34,709 bases of DNA from a virus (taxonomy: Duplodnaviria; Caudoviricetes). The position numbers were made by a program, and so were the translations under genes. The DNA lies in IMG/VR virus record IMGVR_UViG_3300017747_001938, positions 1-34,709 of that record, one strand, 5' to 3'. How positions within the stretch are numbered: the stretch's first letter is position 1; each line of letters opens with the position of its first letter. Below, piece after piece: positions 1 through 7,561 of this stretch. The notes beneath the pieces were generated by a model. It saw only the letters and a list, made by a program, of their open reading frames with translations, was not told the DNA's origin and ran no database searches.

Positions 1-282
1 CGTGGTCGCCGCCACCACCGCCAGCGTGTACGTGCCAGCCGTGCCACCGCCTGCGATGAGGCAGGTGATCGCCTTACCGATGGCAACCTCTGTGCCCTCG
101 ATCGTGATGGCCGCAGCGTTCACCGTGATGCCGCTGATGGTCGGCCCGGTGGGTGAGGGCGTGATAGTGGGCGTGCCTGTGATGGTCACGCCTGTGCGAA
201 GCTGGCCGGTCAGGTCGATCGCAGCCCGCTTGGTGCGGCTCTTGCCCATGCAGACGACTTGTGGTGCGGTTTCGCAACTCAT
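1..282 (-). CDS. Putative fibre/tail adaptor (Gp77-like small beta-sandwich), truncated at window edge
   Basis: Not in the ORF track. ATG at 282 overlaps the stop of 279..554 (ATGA) and the frame is open to position 1: MSCETAPQVVCMGKSRTKRAAIDLTGQLRTGVTITGTP...CLIAGGGTAGTYTLAVVAATT. The GG..G.Y...T pattern resembles phage fibre adaptor proteins. Confidence 0.6.
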   Translation of the reverse strand, partial: MSCETAPQVVCMGKSRTKRAAIDLTGQLRTGVTITGTPTITPSPTGPTISGITVNAAAITIEGTEVAIGKAITCLIAGGGTAGTYTLAVVAATT

Positions 283-554
283 GATGAGGTCCAGTCCGCG
301 ATGAGCGGGGATGAGGTAAAGTCGATGATTTCAGTGGGCGAGGTCCAGTCGGCGAGGTTCATGGGGGAGAACCAGCCGGCGGAGAAGTCGGTGATGGCAT
401 CAACCGCCGCCCCAAACAGCACCGCCGAGCAGTAGTAAGCGATCGTCTGCCGATCCCCCTGCCCGATCGTTCCGTCTGGCACAGGCACGATTGACCGCCA
501 CGGCGCCGATACGCCGATGGCCGATGCTCGCTTTGCCTGCGTGTCGAGTGCCAT
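279..554 (-). CDS. Small hypothetical virion-associated protein
   Basis: 91 aa, tightly packed in the operon; C-terminal repeated (A/I)D(W/F)TS units. Confidence 0.65.
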   Translation of the reverse strand: MALDTQAKRASAIGVSAPWRSIVPVPDGTIGQGDRQTIAYYCSAVLFGAAVDAITDFSAGWFSPMNLADWTSPTEIIDFTSSPLIADWTSS

Positions 555-557
555 GCG

Positions 558-1718
558 TTAGGGTCCGGTCGCGATCTCGCCAATAATCGTGGTGGTGCCG
601 TCGTCACTGTTTGTGCCCTTCTGATCGACGGTGCTCGCGTCGTCCGCGAACAGGCTGAACGTGGTGGATGTCTGCGTTTTCTTGTTGCGCCACGCTTTGT
701 AGAGGTAGTTGATCTTCGCGGTGATGCTCGTGGTCGCCGCTGGCGTGCCTTGCCCCGGTTCCGCGTAGGTGTCGGTGGCGAGCGCGTCCACGATCTCCGC
801 GTTGACCTGTGCGGCGCTGAGGTTGTTCAGCGCCGCGATTGCCGCAATGACCGCGTTATCCGCTGCCGTGAGGTTCGCACCATTGGCCCCGACATTGGCC
901 ACGAGGTAGGCATAGCCGTCGCCGGTCTGCACGGTGCCCAAGTCTGAGACGACGGTGTAATCCGCCGCGAGCAGCGTGCGTGCCTCAAACTCCGCCACGG
1001 TTGGCACATCGGCGAGGTTGGTCAGGATCGTGCCGATCTCGGTGTCGATGTACCCCGCGATGGTGGTCAGGCTGGATTCAAGCGCGTAACTCGCTGCTGC
1101 GATCGTTCGCGCGTTGAACTCTGACACCGTGGGGATGTCGCCAAGCTGCGTGTCGAGATTGGCCGATGCCAGGCCCAACCACCCCCGCGCCTCTGCGTCA
1201 ACATCTGCGGCGAAGGTGGCCGCGTCGATGGCCCCCGCCGCGATCTTCGCTGCGGTGATGGCGTCGCTGGCAATGGCCCCCGCGTCAATCGCGTTGTCGG
1301 CAATCGCATCGGCATCAATCGCACCGGTGGCGATGGCGGCTGCGGTAATCGCACCCGAGCCAAGCGTGGTGGAACCTGCTGAACCTGCGTAGGCGTTCGC
1401 CGATGCCGCATACAACGCATCGTAGATCACCTCTTCGATCACCTGAATGTCCAGCCGTTGGCAGGAGTTGGTGGTGTCGTCGATCGTGATCTGCGCCGTG
1501 CCCACCGTGTCCAAGTCACTGGTGGTCAACGCCAGCGAGTAGAAGCCGGTGTGCCTGTGCGTAGCCGTGGCTGATCCGTTGAGGGCAGCGGGCGCGCCGC
1601 CGTTCTTGCTGATCTTGAAGTCGCCCACTACGCCACCAGTGACAGCCACGCCATCGGCATCGAGCACCGGGCCGATCATGTACGTGGCCGCCGTGGATTG
1701 TTTTGCAACGATTGCCAT
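558..1718 (-). CDS. Putative virion fibre/structural protein with pentapeptide repeats
   Basis: 386 aa, Ala/Thr/Asp-rich. Contains the AIxxx repeats GAITAAAIATGAIDADAIADNAIDAGAIASDAITAAKIAAGAID and a duplicated D(I/V)PTVxEFxART motif. Confidence 0.7.
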   Translation of the reverse strand: MAIVAKQSTAATYMIGPVLDADGVAVTGGVVGDFKISKNGGAPAALNGSATATHRHTGFYSLALTTSDLDTVGTAQITIDDTTNSCQRLDIQVIEEVIYDALYAASANAYAGSAGSTTLGSGAITAAAIATGAIDADAIADNAIDAGAIASDAITAAKIAAGAIDAATFAADVDAEARGWLGLASANLDTQLGDIPTVSEFNARTIAAASYALESSLTTIAGYIDTEIGTILTNLADVPTVAEFEARTLLAADYTVVSDLGTVQTGDGYAYLVANVGANGANLTAADNAVIAAIAALNNLSAAQVNAEIVDALATDTYAEPGQGTPAATTSITAKINYLYKAWRNKKTQTSTTFSLFADDASTVDQKGTNSDDGTTTIIGEIATGP

Positions 1719-1719
1719 G

Positions 1720-3015
1720 TCATGCTCCGATTAAAAGACGACGCCTGCGGTAGGTGGGTGGCGGGACGATGTAAGGGTCAACGTAATCGGCCATCGCCGC
1801 ATACCCGGCCACTGAGGGGTGAACGCCATCGCTGTAGAAATACGACGACGCGGTGTTCTCGAAGTCGGTGTCGCCGGTCAGGTCGATGACTTGATCGATC
1901 TCGGTGTAGTCGCCGTCGGTGCGGTTGGTGTTCTCGGCCACGCGCACGCTGTTGTTCGTGCCATTGGCGATCATGGTGAGAAATAAGATTTCATCGCCGG
2001 TATTGAGCGAGGCGCGAATCGCCGAAAGAAGCGAGTTCATGCGGCTGGTGATTGTCGCGTTGCTCGCGCCTTGGGTTACGTCGTTGATGCCGGCATTGAT
2101 GACAACGATGTTCTTCATCGAGGCTTCGACGGCCGAGTCCCACGTTGCCCACCATGTTTCGATCTGGTCGAGGCGAGCGCCATCAACGCCGAAGTTCCAA
2201 ATCTTGTCTTTCTTGCGGCGAGCGTTGACCAGGTCGCGGGGATAGTTCGCGATCGATCCGTCATTGATGCCGACGCCGTAGGTGATTGAATCACCTAGGA
2301 AAATGAGGTTGCGCGAGCGCGTGCCGATGCCGTAGTCGCTCTTCCACTGAGTGACGATCGCATCCCGATCACTGTCGCTGATCGCGGTCGAATAGAAAAG
2401 CGCCTCGTACACTGCCCCGCGAAAAGATGCGCCGGTGTATCCGCATCCAAAGACGCCGCCGTTGACTGAGCCCGACGCCAGGGCTGAGCCTTTCGAGTCT
2501 TCCACTTCATCGAGCCAGAGTTTCACATCGCTTCCCGAGCATCGAATCACGAGAATCGAGCGGTGCATTGGAAACCATCGCGTGGATTTAAGGAACCCGC
2601 TGGCACTGTCAAAAACGGTGATTTGCCCCAGGTGCGTGGCGGGGTCAAAGTACGCGAAGATGTTGCAGACGAACCCGGTCGTGCCGAGGATCGACATCGT
2701 GGTGAGGCCGGACGCTGCCCGCCCGCCTGCCGACACCATCGCCTCGATGACGCAGGCAAATGTGAATGAGCGGGCATCGATGGTGACGCCTGAAGGAATG
2801 AACATGCCGTGCGGTGCCGTAACGCCGTACTCTTCACCAAACGAGATCGCGTCATTGCCGTCACTCGTGATGACATAAGGACGCCCGCCCGAGTTGGGCT
2901 GGGTCATGTCGTTGCTGTTCTGCTGGTCGTCCCATTGGCTCACCCGTCCGCTGGTGAGCGTAACGCCGGCTGAGGCGATGTATCGGCCTTGCAGATTGGT
3001 GGTTGGGATTGCCAT
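1720..3015 (-). CDS. LamG/lectin-like N-terminal domain fused to an SGNH/GDSL esterase
   Basis: SGNH blocks FLGDSIT, NFGVDG, NAGIND and DGVHP. The beta-rich N-terminal half (GRVSQWDDQ...NDMTQ...RP) resembles concanavalin/LamG-like phage domains. Confidence 0.8.
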   Translation of the reverse strand: MAIPTTNLQGRYIASAGVTLTSGRVSQWDDQQNSNDMTQPNSGGRPYVITSDGNDAISFGEEYGVTAPHGMFIPSGVTIDARSFTFACVIEAMVSAGGRAASGLTTMSILGTTGFVCNIFAYFDPATHLGQITVFDSASGFLKSTRWFPMHRSILVIRCSGSDVKLWLDEVEDSKGSALASGSVNGGVFGCGYTGASFRGAVYEALFYSTAISDSDRDAIVTQWKSDYGIGTRSRNLIFLGDSITYGVGINDGSIANYPRDLVNARRKKDKIWNFGVDGARLDQIETWWATWDSAVEASMKNIVVINAGINDVTQGASNATITSRMNSLLSAIRASLNTGDEILFLTMIANGTNNSVRVAENTNRTDGDYTEIDQVIDLTGDTDFENTASSYFYSDGVHPSVAGYAAMADYVDPYIVPPPTYRRRRLLIGA

Positions 3016-3147
3016 TGCGTTTCGTTTTCTGATGCCTTTGTAGGCGTTTCGCCTATCGGTTTAAGTCTGTGCCCCATGAACGCGGTCGGGTCTTTGACCA
3101 CGCGGTTGATCACTGGCGGGTTGAAGTCGTTGAGGTTCACATTGCTG

Positions 3148-3720
3148 TCATGCGGCCAGCCCCGCGACCTCGAGGCATCGGCGGTGCCATTCAGGCGCGT
3201 CGTCCATGGCGCCATGCGGGAGGTCAAGCACCACCGGCTCGCGGATGTCATTGGCGCCAGCCAAGTCGCAGCCGTAGGGCAGGCCATTCGTCTGGCGGAA
3301 CCAATCGACGATTCCGATGTTGGTCGGCAGGTCGATCGTCCCGCGGCGAAGCACGCCCAGCCCGCGGAACAGGTGCCCCACGCCGGGGATCGGATCGAAC
3401 CAGGGCGAGCGGTAGACGGGATCGCTGAGCACGGCGTGATTGATCCGCAGGGCGCGGGATTTCAGAGCGGTTGCGAACTTCACCAGCCCGTTGCCGCAGC
3501 CCCACGAGTAGCCGTAGAACAACACCCGCACGTCGCGCAGGTCGGATGTCAGCGAGATGCGGGAGGCGAGGTTGTCCCAGTCGTGGTCCCACGGCGGCTG
3601 AATGACGACGGTGTGAGGATTGGCCAATGCCATCAGGCTGAGCCAGAGCCGTTGACAGCCATGCAGCACGCCTTCGTGCTGGGTGTATCCGCTCGCGACT
3701 ACGTGCCATGTTCTGATCAT
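3148..3720 (-). CDS. Alpha/beta-hydrolase fold protein (lipase/esterase-like)
   Basis: Nucleophile elbow LFYGYSWG (GxSxG), followed by LSDPV and a C-terminal His (LPHGAM). Confidence 0.7.
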   Translation of the reverse strand: MIRTWHVVASGYTQHEGVLHGCQRLWLSLMALANPHTVVIQPPWDHDWDNLASRISLTSDLRDVRVLFYGYSWGCGNGLVKFATALKSRALRINHAVLSDPVYRSPWFDPIPGVGHLFRGLGVLRRGTIDLPTNIGIVDWFRQTNGLPYGCDLAGANDIREPVVLDLPHGAMDDAPEWHRRCLEVAGLAA

Positions 3721-3783
3721 GTTGGCTTCCGTGCCCTGTCGTGCGTCCGTGCGTTTCTATCACTCGCGCTCAAACCGATACTG

Positions 3784-3993
3784 TCACTTGCTCGGCCATC
3801 TTCGAGGCTGCGCCCATGCGGGGTGCATGGTGCAGGTGCGAATCTTTCGTGGGTTGTCCTTGCCACGTTGCTTGATGCGGTCGGCGGCCTTTCGCATCTC
3901 GCGTTTGCAGATCGCCGCCATCAGCGAGGGCTGCACGTCGCGCGACTGCAACTCCGCCAGCAGTTCGATGGTGGTGAGGCGGGCGGCGATCAT
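3784..3993 (-). CDS. Hypothetical basic protein
   Basis: 69 aa; ATGA overlap with the upstream nuclease gene. Confidence 0.55.
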   Translation of the reverse strand: MIAARLTTIELLAELQSRDVQPSLMAAICKREMRKAADRIKQRGKDNPRKIRTCTMHPAWAQPRRWPSK

Positions 3994-4355
3994 TCGTATT
4001 TCCCGGTGTGGTGGCCGGCGTCGCGCATCATCGTGGCGAAGTCCGCCCCATCGGGCAGCGTGATGTCAGCAATGCGGCGCTCGAACGACTTTTCCCGGTA
4101 GCTCGTCACGCTCACACGCACGCCGGCCGGCGCGTACTTCTCTGCGAATTGCTTGGCGGCCATACCATCAGCCTGCGTGGCGCCGCGGATCTCCGCGGTG
4201 TCGAGGCCGCGGATTCGAAGCACCGCGGGGAAGTCGATCGAGTACGTGATGCCAAAGTCGAGGTCGATGCGTTTCTCGACGATCACCTCCACGGTGTCGC
4301 CATCAAGCCATCGCTTGATCGTCGCGGCGTTGGTGCGTGGATCGGTAGCAGTCAT
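3990..4355 (-). CDS. Thermonuclease (SNase-like) family protein
   Basis: Motifs LDGDTV, DLDFG, RIRGLDTAE, FERRIAD and MRDAGH match the staphylococcal-nuclease family. No signal peptide. Confidence 0.85.
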   Translation of the reverse strand: MTATDPRTNAATIKRWLDGDTVEVIVEKRIDLDFGITYSIDFPAVLRIRGLDTAEIRGATQADGMAAKQFAEKYAPAGVRVSVTSYREKSFERRIADITLPDGADFATMMRDAGHHTGKYE

Positions 4356-4723
4356 TTCACCGCCTTGAGCAGTTCAATCACCGCGTCAATGTTCGTGCTG
4401 CCCCTGTACCCACTCGCGCCGATCGTGCTCTGCCGCGAGGTGGTGGCAGACAGCAGGCCCGCGCCCTTGCTGGCCTCGGTGGTGTGGTAGCTAAAGGTTT
4501 CGAGGCCGGTGTCACGCAGGATGGCGAAGGCGCTGGCGGTGATGGTCACGCCGTCGGGGCGGGTGACGGTGACGGTGCCGGAGGCGCAGCCGAGAAAGGC
4601 CACTGGCACCAGAAAGGCGACAGCGGCCCGGAGGGGCAGTGTGAAAAACGCACGCGCCCGGTTAAGGGCGCGCGTGGGAAAGCTGCTGGACTCATCGCGC
4701 GACGAAGAGAAAAAGGTGGGCAT
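4352..4723 (-). CDS. Putative lipoprotein
   Basis: ATG at 4723 with SD GGAGG. Basic residues and a hydrophobic stretch lead to the lipobox AFLG-C. ATGA overlap with the nuclease gene. Confidence 0.65.
   Translation of the reverse strand: MPTFFSSSRDESSSFPTRALNRARAFFTLPLRAAVAFLVPVAFLGCASGTVTVTRPDGVTITASAFAILRDTGLETFSYHTTEASKGAGLLSATTSRQSTIGASGYRGSTNIDAVIELLKAVK
4644..4675 (-). terminator. Intrinsic terminator-like hairpin about 100 nt downstream of late promoter P1
   Basis: mRNA CGCGCGCCC-UUAACC-GGGCGCGUG (9 bp including one G-U) followed by CGUUUUU. Confidence 0.55.
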
Positions 4724-4748
4724 CTGCGATAGCCTCCGTGCTACCAGC

Positions 4749-4779
4749 ATTATGCGTTAATGATAATGAGAAGTCAATA
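4749..4779 (-). promoter_or_regulatory. Sigma70-type promoter P1 (late-type, copy 1 of the 21-bp motif)
   Basis: TTGACT (4777-4772), 17-bp spacer, CATAAT (4754-4749). Positions 4759-4779 match 29396-29416 at 20/21. Confidence 0.75.
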
Positions 4780-4797
4780 TCAATTGCGAGATGGGCG

Positions 4798-4825
4798 CAA
4801 AGAAAAACGGGCGAAGGTGCCCGTT
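4798..4825 (-). terminator. Intrinsic terminator closing the early/integrase operon
   Basis: AACGGGC-ACCTTC-GCCCGTT followed by TTTCTTT on the minus strand. Confidence 0.7.
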
Positions 4826-4826
4826 G

Positions 4827-4999
4827 AACTCCCCTATCGCCCCCCACTGTTTTCGCCAGCGTAGGCACCATCACGACTTACGACGTATCACCACATTCCG
4901 GCGCAGAATGTGGTATTGCGTTTTCATGGGCGAAAACCGCGTTTCTGAGGCAGGAAAAGGGGGTGATTTGATGGGGTGGAACCCCCCAGAAACCCCCCA
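4827..4999. other. Candidate attP: core palindrome with flanking arm-type repeats
   Basis: ACCACATTC-CGGCGCA-GAATGTGGT at 4890-4914 (9-7-9). AACCCCCCA occurs twice at 4980-4988 and 4991-4999, with CTCCCCT/CCCCCCA at 4829-4846 (11-bp period). About 400 bp downstream of the integrase. Confidence 0.5.
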
Positions 5000-5011
5000 C
5001 GATTTTGGCCG

Positions 5012-5311
5012 TCACGATTGATCGTCATCGGCCTCACCTGTTGGCTCTTCGGGATTGGCCATGATTGAAAGCGCTTCAAATGCGCCATCGGTGAGGTCGC
5101 TAATTTTTTGCGCTGCAACCGCCATAATCGCGCTTGCTTTTGCCACATCAATCGCCTCAGCCTGCGTCAGTTCCGACATCCCCCTCTCTGCAATCTCAGT
5201 GGCAATCCAAGCCGAAAGCTTCGCAAGTTTCGCGGCTAACTGAAAAGCGTCGTAGGAAGTACCAGCAGCTTCCTCTAGCTGCGCTTTGCATTCTTCTCGA
5301 TATTTGTTCAC
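5012..5311 (-). CDS. Hypothetical helical acidic protein
   Basis: 99 aa; GTGA overlap with the integrase stop. Confidence 0.65.
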   Translation of the reverse strand: MNKYREECKAQLEEAAGTSYDAFQLAAKLAKLSAWIATEIAERGMSELTQAEAIDVAKASAIMAVAAQKISDLTDGAFEALSIMANPEEPTGEADDDQS

Positions 5312-6408
5312 GCCAATTTCTCCGCTGCATCCCGCAACTCAGACGGGAGGCATTCCGTGTAGATGTTCGCGGTCAGATTCACGTTCGTATGCCGCATCAG
5401 CTTCTGCGCGGTGCGAAGGTCAACACCCTTCCGCGCGAGGTGCGTGCAAAATGTTTTTCGCAGCGACGATGGCACGGCGCGGCCATTGCCCGTCTCGAAA
5501 GCGATGCCCGCATGGGCCAGGTCGTCGCGCCATGTCTTTTCGCAGGGCTTCCACCTGATGCGGCAGACGGGCGTCGCCGGGGCTTGCCGTGCCTCGCTGA
5601 GCGTCTTGGCCAGTGACGAGGGTATCGGCAGGGTCGCGTCCCTCCGGCTCTTCGTGAGCGCGGCAGGTAGCCGCAGCGTCGATGTCTCAAGGTCGATGTG
5701 TGACCAGAGCAGGCGACCGATCTCGAGATGGCGCAGGCCGAGGCGACCGCTGAGCCAGTACCACAGGCGACGATGGAAGCGGATGCGCTCGCAGGTGATG
5801 AGGGCGGTGAACTCTTCGTCGGTGAACGCCCGCTTCCGCATGGGCTGGCTGGCCTCGGGCATTTCAACCGCCGCGAGCGGGTTGTCGGGCAGGCGGTCGG
5901 TGGCCACGAGCCAATTCACCCATGCCCGGATGTCGCTGAGGTACTTTCGCGCGGTGTTACCCTTGAACGTGGCGAGCCAGGTTTCAAGTGGGCCGGCGGA
6001 GATCTCGCGCACGGTCCGCCACTTGGTCGTGGCGAGGAACGCGCGAATCGTCGCCTCGCCAGCCTTCGTGTTGTGCGCGGTCAGGCCACGGTTCTGTCGG
6101 TGGGTAGTGTATTCCGTGACCGCCGCCTCGATAAGGGTGAGCCCGCCCGCGCCGATGAGCACCTGTCGCCGGGTCAGCGAGCCACACCGAAGCCCCTCGC
6201 GGTCGTCCGTGACGCGGTTATAGAACGCCCACGCTTCCGGCTGGGTGCGGAAGGTGCGCTTCTTCGGCTGGTCGGTCAGGGGGTCGCGGTATTCGACCAC
6301 CCAGAGCCGCCCGGTGGCGCGGTCAGTGCGTTTGTAGGGTCTGCTCACGACAAAGAGCCTATCGACCGCCGCCACCTCTGCAAATGTGGTGCGCGGGTAC
6401 GTGCTCAC
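5308..6408 (-). CDS. int: Tyrosine recombinase/integrase
   Basis: LGLRHLEI (Arg), TKSRR (Lys), PSSLRKT (HxxR box, His replaced), LMRH, NIYT (catalytic Tyr). Arm-binding-like N-terminus WVVEYRDP...KKRTFRT. Confidence 0.92.
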   Translation of the reverse strand: MSTYPRTTFAEVAAVDRLFVVSRPYKRTDRATGRLWVVEYRDPLTDQPKKRTFRTQPEAWAFYNRVTDDREGLRCGSLTRRQVLIGAGGLTLIEAAVTEYTTHRQNRGLTAHNTKAGEATIRAFLATTKWRTVREISAGPLETWLATFKGNTARKYLSDIRAWVNWLVATDRLPDNPLAAVEMPEASQPMRKRAFTDEEFTALITCERIRFHRRLWYWLSGRLGLRHLEIGRLLWSHIDLETSTLRLPAALTKSRRDATLPIPSSLAKTLSEARQAPATPVCRIRWKPCEKTWRDDLAHAGIAFETGNGRAVPSSLRKTFCTHLARKGVDLRTAQKLMRHTNVNLTANIYTECLPSELRDAAEKLA

Positions 6409-6668
6409 GCTCCCCCCTTGCTGGCGGTGATCGCGTCATAGATTCGATTGGCCTTGTTCCTCGCCAACTCCAGCGTCATATCCGCCGATGTGCCGATGTC
6501 GGCCAGCGCACCAGTCGCGGTTTCGAGTTCGCGCCTTGCCTGCTCCATCGCAGCGAGGATGGCGGTGAGTTCGGCGTGGTACTGGCCGATGTCCTTTTCG
6601 TTGTTGATGTCGCAGGTGGAGTCGGCGGTCATTTGTCGCATCTGTTCAATCGCCTCATCGAGGTTCAT
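6405..6668 (-). CDS. Hypothetical protein
   Basis: 87 aa helical; 4-bp start/stop overlaps on both sides. Confidence 0.7.
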   Translation of the reverse strand: MNLDEAIEQMRQMTADSTCDINNEKDIGQYHAELTAILAAMEQARRELETATGALADIGTSADMTLELARNKANRIYDAITASKGGA

Positions 6669-6847
6669 GTCACGATCTCCTTAGCCAGAAGCCACGATGC
6701 GAATGGCCACACCACGATCATCGCGACGGCTGCGAACGCCAGCGACAGAGCCATGCCGAGTGCGACGACGGTTATCGCGACGATCATTCCAAGGCCGGTG
6801 AACAGCATCCAAAGCGGCAGCGTCAGCGCGAGTATTAAGTGCTTCAT
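6665..6847 (-). CDS. Small membrane protein
   Basis: MKHLILALTLPLWMLFTG..., almost entirely hydrophobic (60 aa); ATGA overlaps. Confidence 0.7.
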   Translation of the reverse strand: MKHLILALTLPLWMLFTGLGMIVAITVVALGMALSLAFAAVAMIVVWPFASWLLAKEIVT

Positions 6848-7266
6848 GGCTGCTCCCCCTTCTTCGCCTCGGCCCATGCGAGGGCGGCGAGGGAGATTGC
6901 CATTGGTAGTGAATCGTTAACTGCGTCTTGATCGTCAATCATCACAGTCCAATATCGCCCGCCCGTTGACATTCTGATGGCCGACACTGTTCCGTCGTCG
7001 TGAACCTTCGCGCGAAGATGCTCCATCACATCCATCGCATCACCAAGGTCGGTTGATGGTGTCCACGCACCGCTAGCCTTCGTTCGCGGGTACGTGTTCG
7101 CTGGATCGCTTGCGGCACAAAAAACCCATTTGCTTTCTGGCGGAGATGCTGCGTCAATCCATCTGGCTGTGCGCACCTTCCCGCCGTATGTCGGCCGGTC
7201 GTACTCGTGCAGCCGCCACCCCATCACCTCCATCGCGATTCGCCAGTCTATTTCGTGGTTATCCAT
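6844..7266 (-). CDS. Phage ABA-sandwich (BC1872-like) domain protein
   Basis: Pattern EIDWRIAMEVMGW...PSTDLGDAMDVMEHL...LPMAISLAAL. Confidence 0.7.
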   Translation of the reverse strand: MDNHEIDWRIAMEVMGWRLHEYDRPTYGGKVRTARWIDAASPPESKWVFCAASDPANTYPRTKASGAWTPSTDLGDAMDVMEHLRAKVHDDGTVSAIRMSTGGRYWTVMIDDQDAVNDSLPMAISLAALAWAEAKKGEQP

Positions 7267-7561
7267 TGGTGGCCTCCTTTGCGGAGAGGGTGTTCTTCAT
7301 GTCGTCGTACAGCGATGTCAGATAGTGCCACCCCTGCGTGGCGTCGTTTGCGTGAGCCTGATCGCAGGCAGATGCGGTTAATCTCATCAACTTCTCCACC
7401 ACCGCATTCGCCTCGGCAAGCTGCTGGCGGAGGGTGGCGAGTTCGGCGAGGTGGTCGGTGAACAGAACGTAGTCGCCCTGTTGACTTGCACCCATGTAGT
7501 GATCGCACGCAGTTTCATCCAGCGTTTCGATGTCATATCGGATGATGTCGCTCATGTTCAT
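7259..7561 (-). CDS. Hypothetical protein
   Basis: 100 aa in the packed early operon; GDYVLFTDH motif followed by a coiled coil. Confidence 0.7.
   Translation of the reverse strand: MNMSDIIRYDIETLDETACDHYMGASQQGDYVLFTDHLAELATLRQQLAEANAVVEKLMRLTASACDQAHANDATQGWHYLTSLYDDMKNTLSAKEATNG

Noticed and set aside
3016-3147. Gap with a TAGGCG-AAA-CGCCTA hairpin superficially like a c-di-GMP-I riboswitch; alternatively a small GTG-start ORF (approx. 2940..3140)
   Set aside because: The conserved GGCAAAC/GACGCAAAG context and second stem are missing. The ORF has no SD and overlaps the next gene by 76 nt. Neither is supportable.
2989-4101. Long plus-strand ORFs (this 370-aa ORF; also 5363..6223, 12842..13972, 16050..17294, 26590..27795, 32431..33288)
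   Set aside because: They lie antisense to well-supported minus-strand genes and have no motifs. Such shadow ORFs are expected at high GC.
4890-4914. Palindrome as a tRNA anticodon arm or tRNA fragment
   Set aside because: The loop lacks the conserved YU start on either strand, and no T-arm (GTTCGA) or CCA end is nearby.
4924-5028. Short ORF MTINRDGQNRGGFLGG... after the 99-aa gene
   Set aside because: It runs through the C/G-run repeats better explained as att arm sites, and has no protein features.
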